A stretch of 64,000 nucleotides of DNA from the NCBI GenBank assembly GCA_963558405.1, contig CAUWGC010000001.1, positions 32,001 to 96,000 of the forward strand, read 5' to 3'. How positions within the stretch are numbered: position 1 is the stretch's first letter; every line of letters begins with the position of its first letter. Below, piece after piece: positions 54,425 through 64,000 of this stretch. A program made the position numbers and the translations under genes. The notes beneath the pieces were generated by a model that saw only the letters and a program-made list of their open reading frames with translations, was not told the DNA's origin and did not search any database. Source of the DNA: an uncultured Clostridia bacterium. GTDB lineage: Bacteria; Bacillota; Clostridia; TANB77; CAG-508.

Positions 54425-57400
54425 AATTAAAATACATGAAATAGCAAAAGAAATGGGCTTTTCTAGTAAAGAAGTATTAGAAAAAGCTCAAGAGTTAGGA
54501 ATTGAAGTGAAAAGTCATTTAAGTGCTGTGGACGATGATATTGCCCAAAAATTAAAGGATAACTTAAAAAAGGATAAAAAAGCAGAAAATCCAAAAAAAG
54601 AAAAAGTAGAAGAAAAAACAAAAAGTGGTTCTAAAAAAGAAGAAACTCCTGTAATAATAAGAAGAGAAGTTATTATTACAGAAGAAGAACAAGTTAAAAA
54701 AGAAGAAAACCATAAAAAACAAGATAAAACAAAGCAAGATATAGGATTTGTTGAAAGAAATAAAAATAAAGATTTTAATATTGTGTATCGTAACAAACCA
54801 AACAAACCAAAGACAGTAAGTGAACTTTTTGGATTAAAAGATAATAAGGAAGAAAAAGTAGCAAAAGAAGAGGAAAAGAAGGAAAATATAAAAGTAGAAA
54901 GTGAAGATATGCAAAGTAAAAAAGTAGTGGCAAAAGAGCCTCAAAAACCTCAAACTGTTGAAGTTAAAGAAGATATTGTTACAGAGAAAAAGCCAAAAGT
55001 AGAAGAAGAGAATAAACAACAACAAAATAATAACAACAATAATGTAAATACTTACCATAAAGAAAACAGCCAAAATAATTATAAAAACAATGGACAAAAC
55101 AACAATAACTACCGTGGCAATGGATATAATAACGAAAATAATTATAATCGTAATAATCAAAACAATAATTATAATAGAAACAATAATCAAAATAATAACT
55201 ATAACAGAAACAATAATCAAAACAATGGTTATAACCGTGGAAATAATCAAAATAACGGATATAACAAAAATAATAATCAACGTAATAATTCTAATATGGG
55301 ATTTGGTAGAAATAACAATTCTTTTCATAATAAAGGAAATAACTATAATAATTCAAACGGATTTAATAAAAGACCATTAGATGAAAAAGGAATTGAAAAA
55401 AATATTAAGAATATAATGATAAGTGAGATTCCAGAAAAAGAAATTACAAGAGACTATAATTCTAGAGGAATAGATAAAGATAAAGAAAGATTAAACAATA
55501 AATATGAAGAAAACAAAACAAAGAAAGTATCTAAAAATAGAAGATCTGGAAGATTTGATGAAGTTGATGAAGAAAAATTAAAAAATTTAAAACAAGCAGA
55601 TAGACTTTCTCATATGTTTAATGACCAAGAGGGAGGAATGTTAGATTATTACGATTTAACAACAGCAAGAGGAAAGAAAAATAAAAAGAAAGTTCAAAAA
55701 AATGATGAAGAACGTAATAAACAAAAAATATTTAAATTAACAGAGATTACAATTCCAGAAACAATTACTGTAAAAGATTTAGCTGCTGAACTTAAAAAGA
55801 CAAGTGGAGAAGTAATTAAAAAACTATTAAATTACGGTATTATGGCTACAATTAATAACGAATTAGACTTTGATACTGCTTTTCTAATTGCAAATGAATT
55901 TGGAGTTACAGCAAATAAAAAAGAAGTTGTATCAGATGAGGATATTTTATTTGATGAGTCAGAAGATAAACAAGAAGAATTAGAACCAAGACCACCAGTA
56001 GTAGTGGTAATGGGACACGTTGACCATGGAAAAACATCTCTTCTAGATGCTGTTCGTAAAACAAATGTAATTGAAGGAGAAGCTGGAGGAATAACACAAC
56101 ACATTGGTGCATATAAAGTTACTATAAACGGTAGAGAAATAACATTTTTAGATACACCAGGACACGAAGCATTTACTGCAATGCGTGCAAGAGGTGCACA
56201 AGTTACAGATATTGCAATTTTAGTTGTAGCAGCAGATGATGGAGTTATGCCACAAACAGTAGAAGCAATAAATCATGCCAAATCAGCAAATATTCCAATT
56301 ATTGTAGCTGTTAATAAAATTGACTTACCAGGAGCAAATGTAGATAAAATAAAACAAGAACTTATGAAATATGAACTTGTCCCAGAAGAATGGGGAGGAG
56401 ATACAATATTTGTTCCAATTTCTGCAAAGAAGCATCAAAATATAGATCAATTGTTAGAAATGGTATTGTTAGTTGCTGACATGAAAGAATTAAAAGCAAA
56501 TCCTAACAAACAAGCTAAAGGTGTTACAATAGAAGCAAGACTAGATAAAAATAAAGGTCCTATAGCTACTATATTAGTACAAAGAGGAACTTTGGATGTA
56601 GGTGATACTATTGTAGTAGGTTCTTCTATAGGTAGAATAAGAGCTATGAAAAATGACAAAGGAATTAAAGTTAAAAAAGCTGGACCATCTACACCAGTAG
56701 AAATATTAGGTTTAACAGAAGTTCCAGAAGCAGGAGAAACTTTCTACGAAGTTAAAGATGAAAAAACAGCAAAACATCTTATTGAAAGAAGAAAAAGACA
56801 GGCAAGAGAAAAGAGCATTAATAGTTCTTCAAGAGTCTCTTTGGATGATTTATTTAATCAAATTGAAAAAGGTAATTTAAAACAACTAAACTTAATTATT
56901 AAAGCAGACGTACAAGGAACAGTAGAAGCAGTAAAACAATCTATGGAAAAATTATCTAATGAAGAAGTAGAAGTTAAAGTAATCCATGCAAATGCAGGAG
57001 CAGTTACAGAATCAGATGTTACTTTAGCAAAAGTTTCTAATGCAATAATTATAGCATTTAATGTAAGACCAGGAAATTTAGCAAAAGAGTTAGCAGAAAG
57101 AGATGGAGTAGAAATAAAACAATATTCTGTTATTTATCAAGCTATAGAAGATGTAGAAGCTGCAATGAAGGGATTGTTAGATCCAATTTATGAAGAAAAA
57201 ATAATTGGAAATGCAGAAGTAAGACAAACATTTAGAGTAAGTGGTGTTGGTACAATAGCTGGTGCTTATGTATTAGATGGAAAATTAGAAAGAAATGCTG
57301 GAGTAAGAGTTATAAGAGAAAATGTTGTCATCCATGATGGTAAATTAGCATCACTAAAGAGATTTAAAGATGATGCAAAAGAAGTAACAAAAGGATTTGA

Positions 57401-57485
57401 ATGTGGAATTCAAATTGAAAATTACAATGATGTAAAAGAAGGAGATATCATCGAGGCATACATTTTAGAAGAAGTAAAAAGATAA
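54417..57485 (+). CDS. infB: Translation initiation factor IF-2
   Basis: TTG start [11 protein letters not shown]; [22 protein letters not shown]. Confidence 0.98.
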   Translation: MGKIKIHEIAKEMGFSSKEVLEKAQELGIEVKSHLSAVDDDIAQKLKDNLKKDKKAENPKKEKVEEKTKSGSKKEETPVIIRREVIITEEEQVKKEENHKKQDKTKQDIGFVERNKNKDFNIVYRNKPNKPKTVSELFGLKDNKEEKVAKEEEKKENIKVESEDMQSKKVVAKEPQKPQTVEVKEDIVTEKKPKVEEENKQQQNNNNNNVNTYHKENSQNNYKNNGQNNNNYRGNGYNNENNYNRNNQNNNYNRNNNQNNNYNRNNNQNNGYNRGNNQNNGYNKNNNQRNNSNMGFGRNNNSFHNKGNNYNNSNGFNKRPLDEKGIEKNIKNIMISEIPEKEITRDYNSRGIDKDKERLNNKYEENKTKKVSKNRRSGRFDEVDEEKLKNLKQADRLSHMFNDQEGGMLDYYDLTTARGKKNKKKVQKNDEERNKQKIFKLTEITIPETITVKDLAAELKKTSGEVIKKLLNYGIMATINNELDFDTAFLIANEFGVTANKKEVVSDEDILFDESEDKQEELEPRPPVVVVMGHVDHGKTSLLDAVRKTNVIEGEAGGITQHIGAYKVTINGREITFLDTPGHEAFTAMRARGAQVTDIAILVVAADDGVMPQTVEAINHAKSANIPIIVAVNKIDLPGANVDKIKQELMKYELVPEEWGGDTIFVPISAKKHQNIDQLLEMVLLVADMKELKANPNKQAKGVTIEARLDKNKGPIATILVQRGTLDVGDTIVVGSSIGRIRAMKNDKGIKVKKAGPSTPVEILGLTEVPEAGETFYEVKDEKTAKHLIERRKRQAREKSINSSSRVSLDDLFNQIEKGNLKQLNLIIKADVQGTVEAVKQSMEKLSNEEVEVKVIHANAGAVTESDVTLAKVSNAIIIAFNVRPGNLAKELAERDGVEIKQYSVIYQAIEDVEAAMKGLLDPIYEEKIIGNAEVRQTFRVSGVGTIAGAYVLDGKLERNAGVRVIRENVVIHDGKLASLKRFKDDAKEVTKGFECGIQIENYNDVKEGDIIEAYILEEVKR
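55011..55365 (+). repeat. Asn-rich ~27-bp imperfect tandem repeats in the IF-2 N-terminal region
   Basis: NNYNRNNNQ units. Confidence 0.85.
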
Positions 57486-57525
57486 TGATATAAATTAGAG
57501 AAAGACAAAAGAAAGGGTGAAAAAA

Positions 57526-57903
57526 ATGCCAAAAAACGAAAATCGTTTAGGAAGAATTAATGAAGAGTTAAAAAAAGAAATAAGTAATATAATTTCTTTT
57601 GACCTAAAAAACCCAAATGTTACTGGATTGATAAGTGTTACAGGAGTTAAAATTACTCCAGATTTTAAATATGCAAAAGTATTTGTTAGTATTTTAAATG
57701 CAGAAAATACTAAAACAACTTTTGAAAATCTTAAAAAATCAGCTGGATTTATAAGAACCGAAATAGCAAAAAGAGTTAACCTTAGAATTACACCAGAAAT
57801 TATTTTTGAGATAGATGATTCTATGGAATATGGGGCAAAAATGGATAAATTGATTGAAGAAGTAAGAAGGCAAGATGAAGAAAACAAAAATAAAGGGGAA
57901 TAA
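57526..57903 (+). CDS. rbfA: Ribosome-binding factor A
   Basis: RLGRINEE, AKVFVS, GFIRTEIAKRVNLRITPE. Confidence 0.96.
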   Translation: MPKNENRLGRINEELKKEISNIISFDLKNPNVTGLISVTGVKITPDFKYAKVFVSILNAENTKTTFENLKKSAGFIRTEIAKRVNLRITPEIIFEIDDSMEYGAKMDKLIEEVRRQDEENKNKGE

Positions 57904-57905
57904 AA

Positions 57906-58862
57906 ATGACGTTAGATAATATATTAGAGGAAATAAAAAAAGCAGATTCTATTGTTTTACTTACTCATGAGCATCCCGATGGAGATGCCATAGGTAGTAG
58001 TTTAGCTATGTTATTAGCATTACAATCAATGGATAAAAAGGTTGATTTAGTAATTCCTGAATATCCTAGAACTTTTGAATTTTTACCAGCAACTAATGAG
58101 ATTTTAAAAGAAGGAAGAATGGAAAATTATGATTTAGCAATTGCACTAGATTGTGCTACCATTCAAAGACTAAATGGATTTGGAAAATATTTTGAAAATG
58201 CAAAAGTAAAAATACAAATAGATCATCATAGTAAAAACACAATGTTTGGCGACTGGAATTTTGTAAATCCAGCATCGCCAGCATGTGCACAAATTATAGT
58301 GACTGTTTTAGAATATTTTGGAATAGAAATAACAAAAGCAATTGGAACTTGTCTTCTTACTGGAATTATTACAGATACAGGTGGATTTAAATACTCAAGT
58401 GTAACAGCAGATACATTTGAATTTGTATCATGGTTATTAGAAAAAGGAATTAATGTATCTGATATTTATCGTAGAGTATTAGAAATTAAAACAAAAACAA
58501 GTTTTGAATTAACAAAACTTGCTATGAATAGAATAGAGTTTTTAGAAGAAGGAAAAATTGCTTTTACATATATCATGCAAGAAGATAAAAAGAAAATAGG
58601 AACAGAAACAGGAGATAGTGAAGGAATAGTAGAAATGGGAAGAGGAATTGAAGGCGTAGAAGTTTCTGTTTTTATAAGTGAGACAGAAGAAAAAGATGGT
58701 TTTAAATGTTCTTTACGTTCAAATGACTATATGAATGTTGCAGATGTATGTATGATGTTTGGCGGTGGAGGCCATACAAAAGCTGCAGGATGTTATATTC
58801 CTGGCAGTTTAGAACAGGTAAAAGAAAAAATGATAAACAAAATAAAAGAATATTTACAATAA
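57906..58862 (+). CDS. nrnA: DHH phosphoesterase, NrnA-like
   Basis: HEHPDGD, IDHH, TDTG, GGGGH. Confidence 0.9.
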   Translation: MTLDNILEEIKKADSIVLLTHEHPDGDAIGSSLAMLLALQSMDKKVDLVIPEYPRTFEFLPATNEILKEGRMENYDLAIALDCATIQRLNGFGKYFENAKVKIQIDHHSKNTMFGDWNFVNPASPACAQIIVTVLEYFGIEITKAIGTCLLTGIITDTGGFKYSSVTADTFEFVSWLLEKGINVSDIYRRVLEIKTKTSFELTKLAMNRIEFLEEGKIAFTYIMQEDKKKIGTETGDSEGIVEMGRGIEGVEVSVFISETEEKDGFKCSLRSNDYMNVADVCMMFGGGGHTKAAGCYIPGSLEQVKEKMINKIKEYLQ

Positions 58863-58916
58863 AAAAGACTCTAATAGAGCCTTTTTATTGTTTAGTATAG
58901 TAATAAAAGGAGAAAA

Positions 58917-59783
58917 ATGGAAGGAATATTAATTGTAAATAAAGAAAAAGGATATACTTCACATGATATTGTATCAATAGTAAAAAAAAGAACAAATGAA
59001 AAAGTTGGTCATACAGGTACATTAGATCCAAATGCTACAGGAGTTCTTCCTCTTTTAATTGGAAAAGCAACTTTAATATCTAAATATTTAATAGAGCATG
59101 ACAAAACTTATTTAGCAACATTAAAATTAGGTAAAAGAACTACAACAGCAGATTCGGAAGGTGAAATTATTGAAGAACGCAAAGTAAAAAATATACAAAC
59201 AGAAGAAGTAGAAAAAGTTTTAAAAAGTTTTTTAGGTAAACAAATTCAAACGCCACCAATTTATTCGGCAATAAAAGTAAAAGGAAAAAAATTATATGAA
59301 TATGCAAGACAAGGAAAAAATGATAAAGTAGATATTCCTAAAAGAGAAATAGAAATTTATAATATAGAATTAAAAGAGATAAGAAATGACTTAAAAGAAA
59401 TTGTATTTGAAGTAAGTTGCTCAAAAGGAACATATATAAGAAGCCTATGTGAAGACATAGCAACAAAATTGGAAACAGTAGGATATATGAGTGAATTAAC
59501 AAGATTACAAGTAGGAAGATTTAAAATACAAGATAGTATAGCAATAGAAGAAATAAAGAATAATTCTACCAATATTTCAAAAAAAATAATAACAATAGAA
59601 AAATTTTTTGAAAATAAAGAAAAAATAGTATTAGAAGAAGTAAAGGAAAAAATGTTTTTAAATGGAGTAAAATTAAAAACTAATAATAAGGAAGGTCTTT
59701 ATAGAATATATAAACAAAATGGAATGTTTTTAGGACTAGGAATTGTAAAAAATAGTACTTTAAAAAGAGATATAATTATATGA
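58917..59783 (+). CDS. truB: tRNA pseudouridine(55) synthase
   Basis: GHTGTLDPNATG, PPIYSAIK, CSKGTYIRSL. Confidence 0.97.
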   Translation: MEGILIVNKEKGYTSHDIVSIVKKRTNEKVGHTGTLDPNATGVLPLLIGKATLISKYLIEHDKTYLATLKLGKRTTTADSEGEIIEERKVKNIQTEEVEKVLKSFLGKQIQTPPIYSAIKVKGKKLYEYARQGKNDKVDIPKREIEIYNIELKEIRNDLKEIVFEVSCSKGTYIRSLCEDIATKLETVGYMSELTRLQVGRFKIQDSIAIEEIKNNSTNISKKIITIEKFFENKEKIVLEEVKEKMFLNGVKLKTNNKEGLYRIYKQNGMFLGLGIVKNSTLKRDIII

Positions 59784-59789
59784 TATAAA

Positions 59790-59823
59790 TAAAAAGCTCT
59801 AATAATATAAATTAGAGCTTTTT
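59790..59823. terminator. Bidirectional terminator
   Basis: AAAAAGCTCTAAT/ATTAGAGCTTTTT between convergent genes. Confidence 0.75.
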
Positions 59824-60676
59824 ATTTATAGCGATAAAAACGATATAATGGTTCTCCAGCTAGATGTTTTAAAATCATTCCATTGTACAGATTTCCATAA
59901 TCTCCAATTCCTTCATCATATACAGGAATTTCTAAAGAAAGAGTAGTAGAATATTCTTGATTTAAGTTATTTGTAATATTTATTCTAAAAGAAATAGTGT
60001 TAGAAATTGAACTTAATGCAACACCAGCTTTTTTTAGTAAACTACCATCATAAATAAGAGGACTAGAAGTATCTGAAATTGTAGTTTTATTTTTAATATC
60101 AGAATTTATATATCCAAATGTAATAGGATTATTACCTGTTTGATAAATTTGTGGTTTACTATAATCAATAACTCCTGTAAAAGGAATAATAGTATATTCA
60201 AATTTTTCAGAATCAAGCAAAGAAAATTCTTTTAATGGAATATATTTTGCAAAATTATTTAAATCTTTATAAAACAACGAAGGATTACCAAGTTCAGGTT
60301 GTCCTATTTTTATATTATCAATTGTTAATTTTTTAATAGTATTTTCATCAGTAAATGTATCAGAAGAATTACAACTATTAATGTATATTGCTATATCTGA
60401 ATATTGATTTACATCTAATGTCCAGCTACCATTGGATTTGGCATTTACATTACTGGCATTTGCACTACTAAATAATAAAATTTTATCTATGCTAAAAATA
60501 GTTTTTTCATTTAATTTAGCAAAAGGTAATGTAGTTTTTTCTAGATTATGTTTTCTTATAAAATCAAAAAGTATGGTAAAAGAAAGATAAACTATTAAAA
60601 TTATCAAAATAATTAATACTATTAATTTAAAAAATGAATTAAAAATAAATTTATTTTTTTTATCTTTTGAAGACAT
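59822..60676 (-). CDS. Hypothetical membrane-anchored protein
   Basis: 284-aa ORF, N-terminal TM, AGGAG RBS. Confidence 0.8.
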   Translation of the reverse strand: MSSKDKKNKFIFNSFFKLIVLIILIILIVYLSFTILFDFIRKHNLEKTTLPFAKLNEKTIFSIDKILLFSSANASNVNAKSNGSWTLDVNQYSDIAIYINSCNSSDTFTDENTIKKLTIDNIKIGQPELGNPSLFYKDLNNFAKYIPLKEFSLLDSEKFEYTIIPFTGVIDYSKPQIYQTGNNPITFGYINSDIKNKTTISDTSSPLIYDGSLLKKAGVALSSISNTISFRINITNNLNQEYSTTLSLEIPVYDEGIGDYGNLYNGMILKHLAGEPLYRFYRYK

Positions 60677-60896
60677 ATAAAACTCCTAAATATAAATATT
60701 AGATATAATCTTTAAAAAGCTATCATAAAATATAAAAAAAATCAAATATAAAAAATTTTGATTTGTATGGTAAAAGTAAGAAAAAGTAAGATAAATAATA
60801 AATAATAAGAATAGAAGACAAAAATATGGGCAAATATAATATTGAAATCTAAAATTATATATGGTAATATATTAATAACAAATAAATAGTAAATAA

Positions 60897-61085
60897 AAAT
60901 CCCTGCGTAGTTCGTGCAGAATGAAATTTTAGAACCAACAAGTTTTAAAAGGGAGTCCGACTTTGAATGTGGCGTGTATGCTTAAACAATTCTTTTTAAG
61001 AAACCCAGTAGCATTCAACAAGACACCCACCTACGAGAGTAGGTCCTTAAAATTTCTATCATCTTACGGCTAAGGCGGGGCTTTT
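60897..61085 (+). ncRNA. ssrS: 6S RNA
   Basis: GC-richer ~185 nt with complementary ends (CCCTG..CGT / ACGG..CGGGG); internal GGGAG, TGGCGT and CACCCACCT motifs as in Firmicutes 6S; promoter-like TTGAAA-17-TAATAT upstream. Confidence 0.8.
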
Positions 61086-61155
61086 TTGTTGTTTTAAACT
61101 TGTTTTTTTTATTACTTAATGATAAAATGTGGACATGAAAAAAGAGAGTGAATGT

Positions 61156-62005
61156 ATGAAAATAAAAGAAATATTAAAATATGGAATAGAAGAACTAAAA
61201 CAAGATGAAGATAAAATTTTAAAAGCAAAATTATTGTTAGCATTTTTACTTGACGTTCCTAAAGAATATCTAAATATACATATGGAAGAAGAAATAAATT
61301 CTTTAATAGAAATTAAATATAAAGAAAATTTAGATAAACTAAAAAAAGGTGTGCCTTTGCAATATATAATAAATAAACAAGAATTTATGGGAATTACATT
61401 TTATGTAGATGAAAGAGTATTGATTCCACAACCAGATACAGAAATTTTAGTAGAAGAAGTTTTAAAAAAAATATCTGAAAAAGCTAAGAAAAATGAAACA
61501 ATAGAAATATTAGATTTATGTACAGGAAGTGGAGCTATTGGAATATCTATTTCCATATATTTTCCAAATAGTTTGGTTACAATTAGTGATATTAGTGAAG
61601 ATGCTTTAGAAGTTGCAAAATTAAATGTAGAAAAACAAAAATGTAAAAATATAAAAATAGTAAAAAGTGATTTTTTTGATGGTATTAATGGTAAATTTGA
61701 TATAATTGTATCAAATCCTCCATATATAAAAACAGAAATAATACGGTACATTAAGTAAAGAAGTACAAAATGAACCTAATTTAGCATTAGATGGTGGCAA
61801 AGATGGATTGGATGCATATAGAAAAATTTTAAAAAAATCGCATAATTACTTGAAAAATGAAGGTATTTTAGCATTAGAAATTGGATATGACCAAAAAGAA
61901 GAAGTAATACAAGAAATTAAAAAGACAGAAAAGTATATAAATATAGAATCAAAAAATGATTTAGAAGGAAATAATAGAGTAATAATAGCAAAGAAAAAGG
62001 AGTAA
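61156..62005 (+). CDS. prmC: Release factor glutamine methyltransferase; +1 frameshift at CGG 61744
   Basis: PLQYI, VLIPQPDTE, LDLCTGSG, SNPPYI; skipping C61744 gives IIGTLSKEVQNEPNLALDGGKDGLDAYR..EIGYDQ (about 282 aa). Confidence 0.93.
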
Positions 62006-62010
62006 CAAAA

Positions 62011-62871
62011 ATGTCTTTTTCATATGAAGTAAAAGAAGAATTAAGTAAAATAAATAATCTTGCAAATAAAAAATTGGTAAAAGCGGAATTACTTGGATAT
62101 TTGATGAGCAATAATATGAATCAAATAAAAAATAAATATAAATTTTCAACAGAAAATAGCTATAATATAAATAGATTAAATAAATTACTAAGTAATACAA
62201 ATGTAAACTTTCAAATAGAAATACAAGGAAAAGTTTATACTATAAAATTTTCAGAATGTGAAAATCTACCTGTAAAAGAAAATATAAAAGATTATGGGGA
62301 AGAAGAAAAAAAGGCTTATGTTAGAGGGATTTTTTTAGGTTCTGGAATGATTAATGATCCAAATAAAAATTATCATTTAGAGATTATCTTTAGTAATCCA
62401 GATAATATAAAGTTAGCAATTGACATATTACAAGAATTTGGAATAGAAACTAAAATATTAGAAAGTAAAGAAAGATTTTCTTTATATACAAAAGATGGAG
62501 AAGAAATTTCTAAAATATTAGCATTTATTGGTGCAAATAAATCAGTATTAAAATATGAGGAAATACGTGTTATTAGAGAAATGAAAAATAATGTTAATCG
62601 TATTGTTAATTGCGAAACAGCTAATTTAAATAAAACAATAAATGCTTCAATGAGACAAATAGAAGAAATTAATTTTTTAAAAGAAAAAGGAAAATACGAA
62701 AATTTGCCAGAACATTTAAAAGAAATAGCAGAAGTAAGATTAGAGCATCCAGAATTAAGTATAGGAGAACTTGGGAATTTATTACAAAAACCAATTGGTA
62801 AATCTGGGGTGAGTTACCGTTTACAAGCTATTAGTAAATATGTAGAAGAAATCAAAAGTGAGGAAAAATGA
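62011..62871 (+). CDS. whiA: DNA-binding protein WhiA
   Basis: MSFSYEVKEEL, YVRGIFLGSG, NRIVNCETAN, C-terminal HTH KSGVSYRL. Confidence 0.95.
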   Translation: MSFSYEVKEELSKINNLANKKLVKAELLGYLMSNNMNQIKNKYKFSTENSYNINRLNKLLSNTNVNFQIEIQGKVYTIKFSECENLPVKENIKDYGEEEKKAYVRGIFLGSGMINDPNKNYHLEIIFSNPDNIKLAIDILQEFGIETKILESKERFSLYTKDGEEISKILAFIGANKSVLKYEEIRVIREMKNNVNRIVNCETANLNKTINASMRQIEEINFLKEKGKYENLPEHLKEIAEVRLEHPELSIGELGNLLQKPIGKSGVSYRLQAISKYVEEIKSEEK

Positions 62872-62872
62872 T

Positions 62873-64000
62873 ATGAGAGAAATAGGAATGTATATACATA
62901 TTCCATTTTGTAAACAAAAATGTTTATATTGTGATTTTGTATCTTTTTCTAATAAAGAATCTAAGCAAGATAGTTATATAAATTGTTTAATAAAAGAATT
63001 AGAGTATAAGGTGAGTTCAGACTATTTAATTAATACTATTTATATAGGAGGAGGAACACCATCATATTTAGAACAAGGAAGTATAAGTAAAATTTTATTA
63101 GCTATAAGGAACAATTATAAAATTAAAGAAGATGTAGAAATTACAATAGAGATAAATCCAGGAACAGTAGATACTAAAAAGCTAGAAGAATACAAAGAAG
63201 CGGGAATAAATAGAGTTAGTATAGGTCTTCAAGAAACAGATAACAATTTACTAAAAGAAATAGGAAGAATACATACATATGAAGAATTTTTAGATACATA
63301 TAAATTAATAGAAAAAATAGGATTTACAAATAAAAATATAGATTTTATGATAGGGCTTCCTAACCAAACTATAAATAACATTAAAGAGTCACTAGAAAAA
63401 GTAATTAATTTAAATCCAGAGCATATATCTATGTATTCACTTATTTTAGAAGAAGGTACACCTATTTATAATAAAGTAAAAAAAGGAGAGCTAGAGCTTC
63501 CAAACGAAGAAGAAGAGAGAATGGAATATTGGTATTTAAAGAATAAATTAGAATTAGCAGGATATAAGCATTATGAGATATCTAATTTTTCAAAGCAAGG
63601 AAAAGAATCGAAACATAATACTAATTGTTGGAATCAAAATGAATATTTAGGTTTTGGAGTAGCAGCTCATTCATACATAGATGGAATACGTTATTCTAAC
63701 ATAGATAGCCTAGAAAAATATATAGAAAATATTGAAAAAAATAATATAGAACAAAATAAATTAATTCAAGAAGAGCAAAATGAAGAAGATAAAGAAAAAG
63801 AATTTATGTTATTAGGACTTAGAAAAATTGATGGAGTATCTATTCAAGATTTTAAAGCAAAATACGGAAAAAATCCTATTTGTGTTTTTAAAGAATCTTT
63901 GCAGAAATTAGTAGAGGAAGGTTTACTAGAAGTAGATTTAGATAAAATAAAATTAACAAATAAGGGTTTGGATTTAGCCAATTTAGTATGGGAAGAATTT
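62873..64000 (+). CDS. hemW: Radical SAM heme chaperone HemW, 3' end outside the window; not in the ORF track
   Basis: MREIGMYIHIPFCKQKCLYCDF (CX3CX2C), IGGGTPS, HYEISNF. Confidence 0.93.
   Translation, partial: MREIGMYIHIPFCKQKCLYCDFVSFSNKESKQDSYINCLIKELEYKVSSDYLINTIYIGGGTPSYLEQGSISKILLAIRNNYKIKEDVEITIEINPGTVDTKKLEEYKEAGINRVSIGLQETDNNLLKEIGRIHTYEEFLDTYKLIEKIGFTNKNIDFMIGLPNQTINNIKESLEKVINLNPEHISMYSLILEEGTPIYNKVKKGELELPNEEEERMEYWYLKNKLELAGYKHYEISNFSKQGKESKHNTNCWNQNEYLGFGVAAHSYIDGIRYSNIDSLEKYIENIEKNNIEQNKLIQEEQNEEDKEKEFMLLGLRKIDGVSIQDFKAKYGKNPICVFKESLQKLVEEGLLEVDLDKIKLTNKGLDLANLVWEEF

Noticed and set aside
24839-61746. Treating the five split genes as independent pseudogenes or homopolymer sequencing errors
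   Set aside because: All breaks share the same in-frame CGG and the same one-base repair, none lies in a homopolymer run longer than two C, and both halves are otherwise intact. A systematic artefact is still not formally excluded without reads.
1445-62200. Numerous short minus-strand and nested ORFs in the track
   Set aside because: They are antisense shadows of well-supported genes, with no RBS or motifs.

Overview
Low-GC, spore-forming Clostridia-type chromosome segment with nearly all genes on the + strand. It carries housekeeping genes (truA, folD, dprA, class A PBP, cysS, FemAB-like transferase, alr, ftsH, mutL, miaA, sepF, divIVA, rsmD, ftsK, rimP-nusA-infB-rbfA-truB, prmC, whiA, hemW) and a 6S RNA. 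Accessory content: two type IV pilin-like genes (one ending in a probable DGR variable region), a SipW/sortase/vWA surface-protein cluster, and a VTC-DUF4956-CotH-GT2-GGDEF/EAL exopolysaccharide-type operon. Main observation: all five apparently broken genes (pilin/CLec 24839, beta-CASP nuclease 31250, pilin-like 35283, sortase substrate 37028, prmC 61744) break at an in-frame CGG codon. Each is restored by skipping that single C and reading the GGN glycine codon in the +1 frame. A sixth candidate sits in a small ORF (13107). By eye I found no in-frame CGG in any intact gene. This suggests a lineage-wide recoding rule in which CGG(N) is a +1 frameshift or four-base Gly codon. A sequencing artefact must still be excluded.
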